Source of the DNA: Camelus ferus | Lineage: Eukaryota | DNA length: 64,000 nt | Reading direction: 5' to 3' | Assembly: GCF_009834535.1 (NCBI RefSeq) | Contig: NC_045705.1 | Location: 67,270,001-67,334,000 of the forward strand | Part shown: piece after piece, positions 1-12,717 of the stretch | How positions within the stretch are numbered: the first letter of the stretch is position 1 | Layout of the letters: every line of letters begins with the position of its first letter | Notes under the pieces: model-generated | The model's database searches: none | What the model was told of the DNA's origin: nothing | The model's input: the letters and a program-made list of their open reading frames with translations, nothing else | Program-made: the position numbers and the translations under genes

Positions 1-439
1 GAGAGGGAAGAGGTTGGCTATGTTCCAGAGACACTGCGTGACCTCCAAGGGGCCTGGGCTATCTCTGGAGCCACTGGTCCCCAGAGTTCTCTGCTTCGAC
101 ATCCGCCCATCTCTGCATCTGGGCTGAGTGTATAGAAGGGGCTTGGTGGTGACAGAATCAGGGCACTCTGGACCTCCAGCCTCCACCACAGTGAGGGGAC
201 AGGTGAACACTAGTTGAATCCTTAAATGTAGCAGACCTGGAAGTCCCCTGAGCTGCCCAAGGCACAGAGGTGGCCCCATACTCCCTCAGGCCACCAGGGT
301 GTCTGCAGCCCAGAGCTGGTCACGGGCACAGCTAATCTCCCCTGAAGCACACAGGATCCCAAGTGCCTCCTCCCATCAATCCCGAGCCCCAGCAGGGACA
401 TCCCTGGCTGTCAGTGAAGGAAGAGCCTCTGTTCACTGA

Positions 440-610
440 GCCCCTATTGTGAGCCAGTTGCTGGCAGGCACCTCACACACTTTCTCATTTAATCCTCACA
501 ATGGCAGATGAAACAGGAGCTCAGAGGGCGAATCTGTTTGTCCAGAGTCACCCAGAGCCTGACTGGAATCCAGGCTTGCTAGCTCTCACCTCTACTCCCA
601 TCACCTTGCT
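440..610. mobile_element. MIR SINE relic
   Basis: TCATTTAATCCTCACAA..CAGATGAAACAGG..CTCAGAG MIR core. Boundaries approximate. Confidence 0.6.
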
Positions 611-1227
611 GAGTGAGGGAAGTCCTGTCCCAGCATCACTGCCTCTTGAAGGCAGGGGGCTGGTGGAGAGGGCTTGGCCATGTCAGGCCAGCCTGTGGAC
701 TCCTAAGACCCCGGACTCCTGATAGCTCCTGAGTGCCTCCCTTCTCTACAGGGACTCCCTCCTTCGGCTCCTGGTGCCCAGGTTAGAGGATGGAACAGGA
801 AGGAGGGGAGGCAGGGAAGGATAAGGGGAGGTCAGATCAAGCTGGGGGAGTCAGCCTGCTTGTCTTTCTACTCCAGGACCAAAGCTAAGGGGGAAACTGT
901 CAGTGGGGTTTGGGGGACATTGGAGGGCAGAGCCCAGCAAGGCACCATCGGCTGTGATAGCTCAGGGGGCGCTCGGGCCCCTGTGTGTGGGCCAAGCATG
1001 GAGGAGCTTGCTGGGACCTGGGCGGGGCTGCGAGGGTGGCAACAAACTGTCCGGGACTTTTGGCTGCTTCATGATCACTTCCCCCGAGTCCACCTGCCAG
1101 GCCCAAGGGCCTTGGTGGGGTGCTCCACGAGGACCTCCTTCACAGCAGCCCTCCTCTCTGACTGGCTGGTTCCTCTGTCTCCCTTGGTTCTTCTGCTGCC
1201 CTGACGGGCCTGGGCTTTCCTGGACCC

Positions 1228-2667
1228 TCACGTAGGGCCTGTACCCGGGGCCTCCTCTTGGGGGACGCTGCTGGGGCTTTCTCCCGCTGAGGCGGCAGGT
1301 GTGGCTGGGTTCACAGGGACCTCTGGGGTGGAATCCGTGGATGGGGCAGAGGAGGCTTCATCGCAGGGGCTGGGGACTGGGCTGGCAGTGGGCCCAGGGG
1401 TCTGGGCCTCGGGGCTTGCCTGTGGCTGGGCCACAGGATCCAGCTGGGGCTGGGCCTCATGGTTCTCCTGTGGCTGGGCCCCGGGGTTCAGCTGAGGCTG
1501 GACCACAGACTCTGACTGTGGCTGAGTCATAGGGTTTGCCTGTGGCTGAGCCATGGAATCCAACCGTGGCTGGGCCACGGGGTTCTCCTGTGGCGGGGGC
1601 GTGGGGTTCACCTGTGGCTGAGCCTCAGCCGTGAGCCCTGGCAGAGTCTGATCACCAGAGTCCACGTGGGTCTGTGGCTCAGCTGGCGTGAAGCTGCCTG
1701 GCCGCTCCTCACAGACAGCTGCCGCGAAGGAGGAGAGCAGCTCGCGCAGCAGGGCCCGAAGGTCGGCGCTGGCCAGGAGGCAGAGGAAGGGGCTCAGGCA
1801 GCTGTTGAGCAGGATCAGGTAGTCAGAGTAGACCAGAGCCTCCCAGAGCAGGTAGCCGGGGTAGATGTCCCACAGGAAGGCCAGGTACAGCAGCTGTGCC
1901 AGCTGGTAGGGCAGCCGCAGGACCACATAGGCTGACAAAATGGTCTTGGCCACACGGGCAAAGCCTCGGCAGGCCATGGACCTAGGCTGGTGGCGGTGGC
2001 AGGTCCTGCAGGCAGCGGCCTGGGTAAGCACGTGGCAGACGAGCAACAGGAGAAAAGGCAGGAAGCCCCCCAGGATCTCCAGCATCCGCAGCGGCAGCTC
2101 CTCGCTGTCCCAGAAATCCAGGCAGATGACCAGGTCGTACCACCAGACGGCGGCCTCAGGGAAGACAAGCCAGGGCACGCTGAAGAGGGTGGCCAGCACC
2201 CAGACCCCAGCACAGATCCAGAGGGGCAGGCGGGCTGGGCGATGACCAGGGTACCAGCGTGGGCACAGCGCCAGGAGGCAGCAGTCCAGGCTAAGGGCTG
2301 CCAGTAGGAAGAGGCCGGAGGAGTAGGACACACCCCACAGGAAGTAGTAGAGGCGGCAGGCAGCCGTCCCCAGAGGCCAGTGCCCTCCATGCTGGATCTC
2401 CAGGATCTGGAAGGCTGCTGCCGCCAGGAACAAAAAGTCAGACAAGGCTAAGCTGAGCAGGAGCAGGGCGAGCCGCGTGCCTGCTCCCTGCTGGGCCTGA
2501 GAGCCAGCCAGCCATGCCATAAGCCCATTGGCTGGCAGCCCCAGGAGCAGCAGGGCCACCAGGAAGACCGTGTCCCAGCCACCCTGGGGGTAGTAGTCCT
2601 CATCTTCAAGGTCTGTACGGGGCCCGTGACCCACGGCACCCAGGTTAGCTTCCATTGCAGTGTCCAT
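1228..2667 (-). CDS. GPR152: Orphan class A GPCR GPR152, single coding exon, 479 aa
   Basis: ORF 1228..2769. The orthologue-like start MDTAMEANLG is at 2667. Seven hydrophobic segments, TM2 LALSD, TM3 SLD(C)C, TM7 NSCLSPFL and a Pro/Gln repeat tail ending GTGPT, matching recalled human GPR152. Confidence 0.95.
   Translation of the reverse strand: MDTAMEANLGAVGHGPRTDLEDEDYYPQGGWDTVFLVALLLLGLPANGLMAWLAGSQAQQGAGTRLALLLLSLALSDFLFLAAAAFQILEIQHGGHWPLGTAACRLYYFLWGVSYSSGLFLLAALSLDCCLLALCPRWYPGHRPARLPLWICAGVWVLATLFSVPWLVFPEAAVWWYDLVICLDFWDSEELPLRMLEILGGFLPFLLLLVCHVLTQAAACRTCHRHQPRSMACRGFARVAKTILSAYVVLRLPYQLAQLLYLAFLWDIYPGYLLWEALVYSDYLILLNSCLSPFLCLLASADLRALLRELLSSFAAAVCEERPGSFTPAEPQTHVDSGDQTLPGLTAEAQPQVNPTPPPQENPVAQPRLDSMAQPQANPMTQPQSESVVQPQLNPGAQPQENHEAQPQLDPVAQPQASPEAQTPGPTASPVPSPCDEASSAPSTDSTPEVPVNPATPAASAGESPSSVPQEEAPGTGPT
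1396..1625 (-). repeat. Coding 24-bp tandem repeat (AQPQxNPx, about 9 copies) in the GPR152 tail
   Basis: Recurrent TGTGGCTG(G/A)GCC units at roughly 24-bp spacing. Confidence 0.85.
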
Positions 2668-3905
2668 CTGAGGTCCCCAGTGTACCACCGGACATGGAGT
2701 GGGCACCTGGTGAATCAATGAAAGCATGAATGACTGATGAGAGAGAGGATGCTGTGCCTCTCCATGCAAGTCACTATTTCTCTCTGGTCCATCATCATCA
2801 CCTTTGGTGTGATTATGTTTTGCCAGAGTCTTTAAATAGATTGCTTCACCTAGTCCTCATAAAATCCACTCTACAAGTAAGGAGAGGAAGGTTCAGAGGA
2901 TCAGTGACTTACCCAAGGTCAGAGGTAGGGATGTGGGCACTAGAACTCAGACTAACCATTCTGCTACAGGGCATCCCATTGTGTCCAAATAGACTAAACC
3001 AGAGGTTTTAAATATATTTCAATAAAATATTATAGTGGGATTCTTTTATGAACTAAAAGGGTGTGCTCAGATTAAAGGAGGGAGAGCACCCTTAGGGCTC
3101 CAGGGAACAGAGTTTAAAAGCCCCTTGGTCAGAGCATCGCAGGTTCCTTTTTGCCTGGCATCCTGGACTCAAGAGTGTAAGAGTCAAAGTGGGGAGGGCT
3201 CAGGGTCCCGTGGGCCGGTAAAATCCAAGGGTGGGTAAGGGAGTCTAGGGCAGAGGATGGCTCTCATTTGTTCCATGGGGCTACTAAACAGAAAAGGGGG
3301 CAAGAGTCTCAGCAGTGTGACCAGGATAAGGGTGACTGGGTCCTGAGAGGCCTGCTGCCCCCACCCTACCTTCCCTAGCTGGGGGTGGGAGTTTCCCTCT
3401 GAAGGTAGGGAAACCAGATGCCCCAGAAAGGCTCCATATTGCCTGTAGCCCATGGCTCCGGCCACTTGACCTTTAGCCTAATGGTCTCCCCACCCCTAGT
3501 GCTCTTACTCAGGCAGTCCCCAACTCTGCCGGCTCCAACCCCTACTGGATCAGAGCCCTGGGCTCCCTGGGCCCCGACTGGTGAGGTCTGGCTTACCTGT
3601 GAAGTGCAGGCTGCTGGCTGGAAGGAGCAGGGCGTGCCTGCCTGCCTGCCTGGAGGTCTAGCTGTCCACACGGCCCCACGCCGGGGCCTGCTGCATGGCG
3701 CCCGGCGGCACGAAGGCGGCCGGCATGAAACCCAAGCTGAGAGGACATCAATCATTCATGGGGCTGTTTGCCGGGAAACCCTAACCCCAGCCCAGTAGGG
3801 CCAAGTGACCAGCCAGGCACCCACCAAACCTCAACAGGGCCAGGTGGCTGAAACTTCCTCACCTTGGGCCCCTCCAGATCGGGCAGGGTCTGGGTCCCCC
3901 TCGTC

Positions 3906-3913
3906 TGACGTCA
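3906..3913. promoter_or_regulatory. Perfect CRE palindrome TGACGTCA between GPR152 and CABP4
   Basis: Exact motif match. Confidence 0.4.
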
Positions 3914-4109
3914 CTCCTGTGACACTCCCATGATCCTCAATCATCTGTGATTCAAGGCCTCTGTGATCTGGCCTCTCTTCCTCAATTACACACAGCCTCT
4001 GCTCCAGCCAGGATGCCACCCATGGGGGTCCACAGTGGGCAACCCTTCCTCTCCTTTCCCACCTCCCAGCCTTTGCCCCCACTCTTCCTCCCGCCTAAGA
4101 GGCCTCCCC

Positions 4110-4275
4110 ATGTCCTCACTTAGCTACGTCCTGCCCACGGCACACAACAGGGCTGAGTCTTCGACTCTCCAGCAATATTGTCCCCATTTTATAAATGAGG
4201 CAACTGAGGCTTAGTGACAAATTGCCAGGTCTCCCAGCTTATAAGTGGTAGAACTGTAGTCCGAAGCGCACAGTG
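4110..4275. mobile_element. MIR SINE relic
   Basis: CCCCATTTTATAAATGAGGCAACTGAGGCTTAG core. Confidence 0.65.
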
Positions 4276-4362
4276 GCCACCGTGTCCTGGCACCCCATGT
4301 TGCTGAGAACTGTTCTCTTGACCCAGCTGGCTCTGCCCTGGCCACCCCAAGGCAGAGGGCCT

Positions 4363-4402
4363 GGATTAGGGCTTGGGCTGCCTACCTCACTTACCCTAAT
4401 CC
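4363..4402 (+). promoter_or_regulatory. CABP4 proximal promoter with two CRX/OTX2 (K50) sites
   Basis: GGATTA 4363-4368 and CTAATCC 4396-4402, about 125-160 bp upstream of the ATG of a photoreceptor gene. Confidence 0.55.
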
Positions 4403-4523
4403 CCCTCAGGGCCCGATCCGTGGCCATCAGCTCTCAGGTGGGGGTGTGTAAGCAGCTTTATGGGTCCTGGGATTCAGGGTGCTCTCTAGTGCTGTGTCTC
4501 TGAGCCCCGTCACCCCTTTCCAC

Positions 4524-7278
<2,755 letters not shown>

Positions 7279-7929
7279 GGCTCCAGGAAGGAGAATGTTG
7301 CTCCTCTGGCCCCAGACACCAGCAGGGTCCATGCGGCACACCCTCCTCATGAGGCCCCAGGATGAAAGAGACCCAGCAGCCCCAGACTTCTGTTCCTGAC
7401 AACATATGGCAAGAGAGTTGGCTTGTGATGTCACCTGCCCAGCCTCGTCCTCCCCTCCCCTCCCCTCCATCTGATCTGCCTGGAGGAACCCTGCCCTCAA
7501 CTACCCATCATTCCCCAATGTGAGCAAGACTTGGATCTCTCCAGCCCCCGGGGAGGTAGGGAGCTCCCTGGCACTGGCAGCTTTCCAAGATGGGGCAGTG
7601 TTGGGGGGGGTATTCTGGTAATATGGTGAATTGAGAGGGTGGTTGGACATCTCCCACTACTTATGTGTGGATATCTTTATTTAAAAAAGAAGAAAGCTGA
7701 ACTTGAAAGAAAGAGATGACCCCAGGTACCAAAGACAGAGAGAATCCAAAGCTGGGTGGCGGGAGGGAGCAGATGCCACAGGGCCTTCAGAGGAGGGGAG
7801 GTTTGGGAGCCTAGGCTCTGACACTCAGGAGGGACAAAAGACCTGCAAGAGGCTGGGGAGCAAGACATGACCCCAGTACATGCCAGGACCTCAAAGAGGC
7901 ACCCTGTTCTTGAAAAGGGGATCAAAATA

Positions 7930-9640
7930 TACCTCTACCCACCAGCCTGAGAAAGTGGCAAGGAACAGATGTTCAGGACCTTGAGTGGAAAAAGTTACCC
8001 TAGAGAACCTGAAACTAAGGCCTGCATGTCAAGCAGGAGTGCAGTCCTCATAGTGTGAAAAAGCTGAAGAAATAGGAAAAAACTGCTGAGAAGGGCACTC
8101 TTTCAACCCAGGGCACATGGGATTTAAAAAATACCCCAAATCCTGTCACTTCTGAAGATGAACTCAGGACGAAAAATTACAAAGCACATAGGGAAACAAG
8201 TCACTATGAGGGGACTAGGCAGATGCAGTAAACAGGAGAATCAGCAAAGTGTAAATAATAAAACAATCAAAAGAGACTATTAAGTCAATGCAAAAAAAAA
8301 AAAAAAAAAAAGAGAAAGAGATAAAAGAAGGAGGAGAGACCAATATGCAGAAACAGTGTAATATGAAAATAGAAAGATTAAAAAACAATAGAACTTCTAA
8401 AACTAGAGGATATAGTTATTGGAATGAAAAATCAAGGGATAAATTAAACAGCAGATTGGACACAATTTTAGAAAAGATTGTGAACTGGAAGCTATAGCTA
8501 AGAAATCACCCATAAGGTAGCACTGAGGGATATATTAAAGAGTAGTTAAAAGTCATTAGGAATCTCAGAAGAAGAAAATAGAGAGCGGGCATGAGGCAAC
8601 AAAGAGATGATGGTTGAAAATTTTCCATAAAGACTTCCACAAAGACAAGAGCCCAGATTAAAGGAGTACATTGGAGCCAGAGAAGGAGAAATAAAAATAA
8701 ATGTATTTCTAGATGCATCCCAGTGAAACTGCAGAATATAAAAGGAAAAAATCTTGTAAAGAACTCAAGAGAAAAGTCAGATTACTTCCCGAGGATTAGC
8801 AATTAGACTCTCCAAAGACTTTTTTCATTGACAACAGCAGATGCCAGAGGACAATGGGATAAATTGTTCAACGTGCAGAGGATAAATGACTGCCAGCCAA
8901 GAAGCCTATACCTAGCTCAATCACTAGTCAAGAATGAAGATGAAATATAAACAAACAAAGGCTACTATATTCGATATCTTGTAGCAGCTTATGTGAAAAA
9001 GAATATGAAGGTTGAGTATATGTATATTCATGTATGACTGAAGCACTGTGCTGTACGCCAGAAATTGACACAACATTGTAAACTGACTATACTTGAATTT
9101 AAAAAAAAAGAGTAAAAAACAAAAACAAACAAGTCTCAAGGGCTTCCCACCCACAAACTCTTGTTGAAGGGCTGGCTTCAATAAGAAGGAAATTCAAGGC
9201 AGAGTGTGTACTAGGCAGCAGGAAGGAAATCAGTAAACATATCCGTGTATCTAAAGAAGCATTAACTATAAAAAAAAATTGGGGGGATTTTAAAAACAAG
9301 GAGGGGCTAAAAAATAGACAAAAATAAAATAAAAGATGGAAGGGGATACTTTAGACATACTGAAGTCTTTTTCTTGTTTTTCCTGGAGGAGGATAGATTC
9401 ATTGATTAACTTTAGACTTTGTTAACTGTGTAAGGGGAACCATTAATATAAAAGAAATTGAGATGGAATGTTCCCTTCAATAGTCAAATCAACAAGAATT
9501 CTTGATTAAGCCAGTAGAAGGCTGAGAAGGAGGAAAAAAGGCAAAGAAAAACAAAATCTATAGAAAACATTCAAATAGAAGGTAGAAATAATGCTTAAAA
9601 AACCAAAAATTACAATAAATATAAGCAGATTAAGTCATTT
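7930..9640 (+). mobile_element. Ancient L1M fragment (ORF1 to ORF2 junction) interrupted by a younger L1 3' end
   Basis: A-rich degenerate ORF1-type sequence (GAAAATTTTCCATAA..., CAACAGCAGATGCCAGAGGACAATGG). Confidence 0.6.
8960..9110 (+). mobile_element. 5'-truncated L1 3' end with poly(A) and candidate 10-bp TSD
   Basis: GCTGTACGCCAGAAATTGACACAACATTGTAAACTGACTATAC plus an A-run. AAACAAACAA at 8949-8958 and 9123-9132. Confidence 0.65.
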
Positions 9641-9646
9641 GGTTAA

Positions 9647-9790
9647 GGAGGGAGGGTACAGCTCAGTGGTAGAGCGCACATGCACGAGGTCCTGGGTTCA
9701 ATCCCCAGTACCTCCATTAAAATTTTTTAAAATAAATAAACCTAATTACCTGCCCCCCCAACCACACCCAAAATATAAACAAATAAAAGG
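9647..9790 (+). mobile_element. tRNA-derived camelid-type SINE (Vic-1-like)
   Basis: A-box AGCTCAGTGGTAGAGC, B-box GGGTTCAATCCC, tail AAATAAATAAACCTAATTACC-C-run-A-rich. Confidence 0.8.
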
Positions 9791-9834
9791 GAAAAATTGT
9801 TCGGTTAACAGAGTCTCAGTCCCAGAAGAAAAGA

Positions 9835-10130
9835 CTAATATTAGCTTGGGCTTTCTGTAAGTGACAGAGGCCCCAAATAACAATGCCTACACTGGATGGA
9901 GGTGTATTTTCCCCAGAGTCTCAGATGAAATCCAGCTGTAGTGTCTTTAGGGGCCCAGGCTCCTCCTGCCGGCTGCTCTGTCATTCCACCAGTGTGCCCA
10001 CGTTTATCTGCTTTCCAGCTGGCAGGAGAGAGACAGGAAGAAAGAGGAAAGGGGGAAAAGAGCATGACCCACTTATACCCCAGTAGGCAGGGCTCCCCAC
10101 CTGGTACGCCTAGAAGCTAAAGATGCTGGG
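9835..10130. mobile_element. Probable MaLR (MLT1) LTR relic
   Basis: TAAGTGACAGAGGCCCCAAATAACAATG..CCCAGGCTCC pattern typical of old MLT1. Confidence 0.4.
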
Positions 10131-10634
10131 AAGTGCAGTCTTTGAGTGGCCTTGTGCCCAGCCAGAAACCAGAGGTTCTTCTACTACAAGGGCAGAGAGC
10201 AGATCCCAAAAGGCAGATACTAGGCTCTTCCTCACAGCCGAGCGCAGGATATGAGACACATTTGAAGCATAGTGACAACTGAAAGGCTGAAAGTGATGGC
10301 TTGGGCAAAGATTTACTAGGAGAGAATTAACCAAAAGAAAGCTTGTGTAACTCTAGGCATGTCAGACAAAATGAGCTCTGGGGCAAAAAGCACTAGGGAT
10401 AAACTGAGTCACAATTCACCGAGGAAACCTAATGTTCCTAATCCGCGTGCAACTCTTAATGTGTTTTCCAACTAAAAGGAATTCATAGAGTTTCAGTATT
10501 CATTATTGCCTGAGGATAGTGTTGCTGTCAGTCAACTTGGATTAGATCAATTAACCAGCAAAAATCAAGTACATTGGTCACATTAAAACTTTAAACCTTG
10601 CGATTCAGTGTTCTGTCAACATGTTCACATAGAC

Positions 10635-10930
10635 CGAGGATTGGTAAACTTTTTCTGTAAAAAGCCAGATAGTAAAGATTTTAGGCTTTGGGGACCATGT
10701 GGTTTCTGTAGTTTGTATGGCTGAGCGCCAGAGTCAACATATAGGTGTGGCTGTGTTGGAAATTTAATTAATAATAATTAATTAAACTTGGTTTATAGAC
10801 ACTGAAATTTGAATTTTATTAACTTTTTTGTGTCGTGCAATCTTATTATCCTTTGACTTTTACCCAACCATTACTAAACTGTGAAAACCATTCTTAGCTT
10901 GGGCCTATGGGGTATAGCTTGCTGACCCCT
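10635..10930. mobile_element. MER58B-like hAT-Charlie MITE
   Basis: GGTAAACTTTTTCTGTAAAAAGCCAGATAGTAAAGATTTTAGGCTTTG start and TTGCTGACCCCTG end. Confidence 0.75.
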
Positions 10931-12457
10931 GAAATTGTCTTTTTTTTAATTAAAAAAAATTTTTTTTTCTGAAAGTCTTATAACATGGAAAAGCACCACT
11001 TCTGGAATCACTTTCTGTTTAGTTAAGATTGTGAAGTTATGAGTGTAGCAGCAACTCTATATTAATTTGCTAATTTGCCCACTTTAAGTGAATGGTTTTC
11101 ATACCTTGTTCTTTTTTCCCATGTTTGTTCTGATTATATCTATTGAAACGAAATTTTAAATCTGATTACTCTGTTAATACAAACTGTGGGCTTTTATTAT
11201 GTATCTTTATTTCACTTTTCTAATTTTTATCTTACAAAAGTATTGGTCCATGATGCATTAGAAATGAAAACTGGTCCTTTCGCCACAGCTGACTTGAGAA
11301 CCACTGATTTGGGAGTTCCTGCATCCAACTGGTGCCTCCTAAAGTGCCTTGATTGGTGGCTGAGGGTGGGGAGTCTGTGTGGGCCAGGAGAGCAGGAGCA
11401 AGAGCAGGGGTCTGGGTGTTCATCCTTTCAACAAAGTCACAGAAATCTAAAGGCACTGTCCTGGCCGCTGCAGATACAGTGGAGGCCAAGCCAGGCAAAT
11501 ACCTTCTTAACGGCGCTCACATTTTACTGGGAAGACAGACTGTAAACATGTAAGTATGTGAACAGGGTCTCCAGAGCCCACACTCATTCAGCCAGCCCCT
11601 CAGTTGGTCAGCTGGGGACCAGACCAGCTTAGTGACGCCCACCTTGCTCTGAGTCACGAAAGCCCTGCCCTTGGCTGAGCCAGTCTCTCTGGGCCTCAGT
11701 TTCCTCTGAGGATTGCCAGAAATGACCTGTGTTAAGTGCTTAGCACAGGACCTGGTGCCTCCTAAGAGTTCAATAAATGGTCGCTATTATGATCTCAGAT
11801 TTCAGGGTTCTCAAAGATTCTGTTTCCTGGTTATTGAGATTCTGAGATGCTTGGACCTTCCAAAATTCTGAGATGGTATGTTTCTAATGTTCTGTGGTTC
11901 TAAGAGTCTTTGCTCACTGAGGATTTCTGTCATACGGGCTCTGCTTCCTATGTCCTTTGCCCTCTACTTCTCCCAACCCCAGGGCCTGGGAACTAGGGCA
12001 GTGGGTGGAGGAAGCCAGGCTGCTGCCTGGTTGTGGCCCACATTCGGAGCTGGCTGTGGCAGCCCAGGGCCCCAGAGCCAGGCTGGAACCAGGATACCAG
12101 CCAGCCTCCAGGCCCCAGGCCTGTGTCATCTGAGTGCCTGTGGCCAGGGCCACTAGGGCAGGCACCAATACTGCCCCTCCAAGTGGAGATGGAGCAGGAC
12201 TGACTCTGCTAAGGGCTGGAGGAGCAGGGAGACTGGGAGAGCCTCCTCCAGGCTTGCAGGGCAGAAGAGTCCCAGGCCCAGCTCTGCCCCAACACACTGT
12301 GTGACTTTGGCCAAGTCTTGGAGCATCCTGTGGACTGTCCTGTGTACCATGGGGAGATAGACAGTCTTGGAGACCTTCAGCTCCAGGGTCAGGCTGGTGG
12401 GCTGGCCAGGGCTAGTGGGAAGCAAAAAGCAACCACTGGCTGGAATTAAGCACCCCT

Positions 12458-12463
12458 TTTATT
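12458..12463 (-). terminator. TMEM134 poly(A) signal AATAAA
   Basis: TTTATT on the + strand, about 255 nt past the stop codon. Confidence 0.7.
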
Positions 12464-12717
12464 AGCACAAAATATCACCAACCCAGCAACCCCAGGGCCC
12501 GAGAATAAGTTAAGGCACAGAGCAGGGAGGGGGCGACTTTTGCAGGCCCGAGGCCCGCATGCCCCAAACTTCTTGAGCAAACTCCCCAGGGGACTGGGGG
12601 CTCGAGGGTCCCGGAGGGACTTTTCCCTTGAGGGCCCCAGGGGCGCCCTCTAGGGGCGCGAGGAGGCCGCACCGGGCCTCTCAGAGCCTACGCTGGATCC
12701 CGCCGACCGCCGGCAGC

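Noticed and set aside
9651-9715. tRNA-like sequences (also at about 22265-22338 and 58211-58280)
   Set aside because: They have SINE tails, poly(A) or TSDs and lack a proper acceptor stem, so they are SINEs rather than tRNA genes.
11790-11950. Recurrent TTCTGAGA/TTCT motifs
   Set aside because: Irregular low-complexity sequence with no consistent period.
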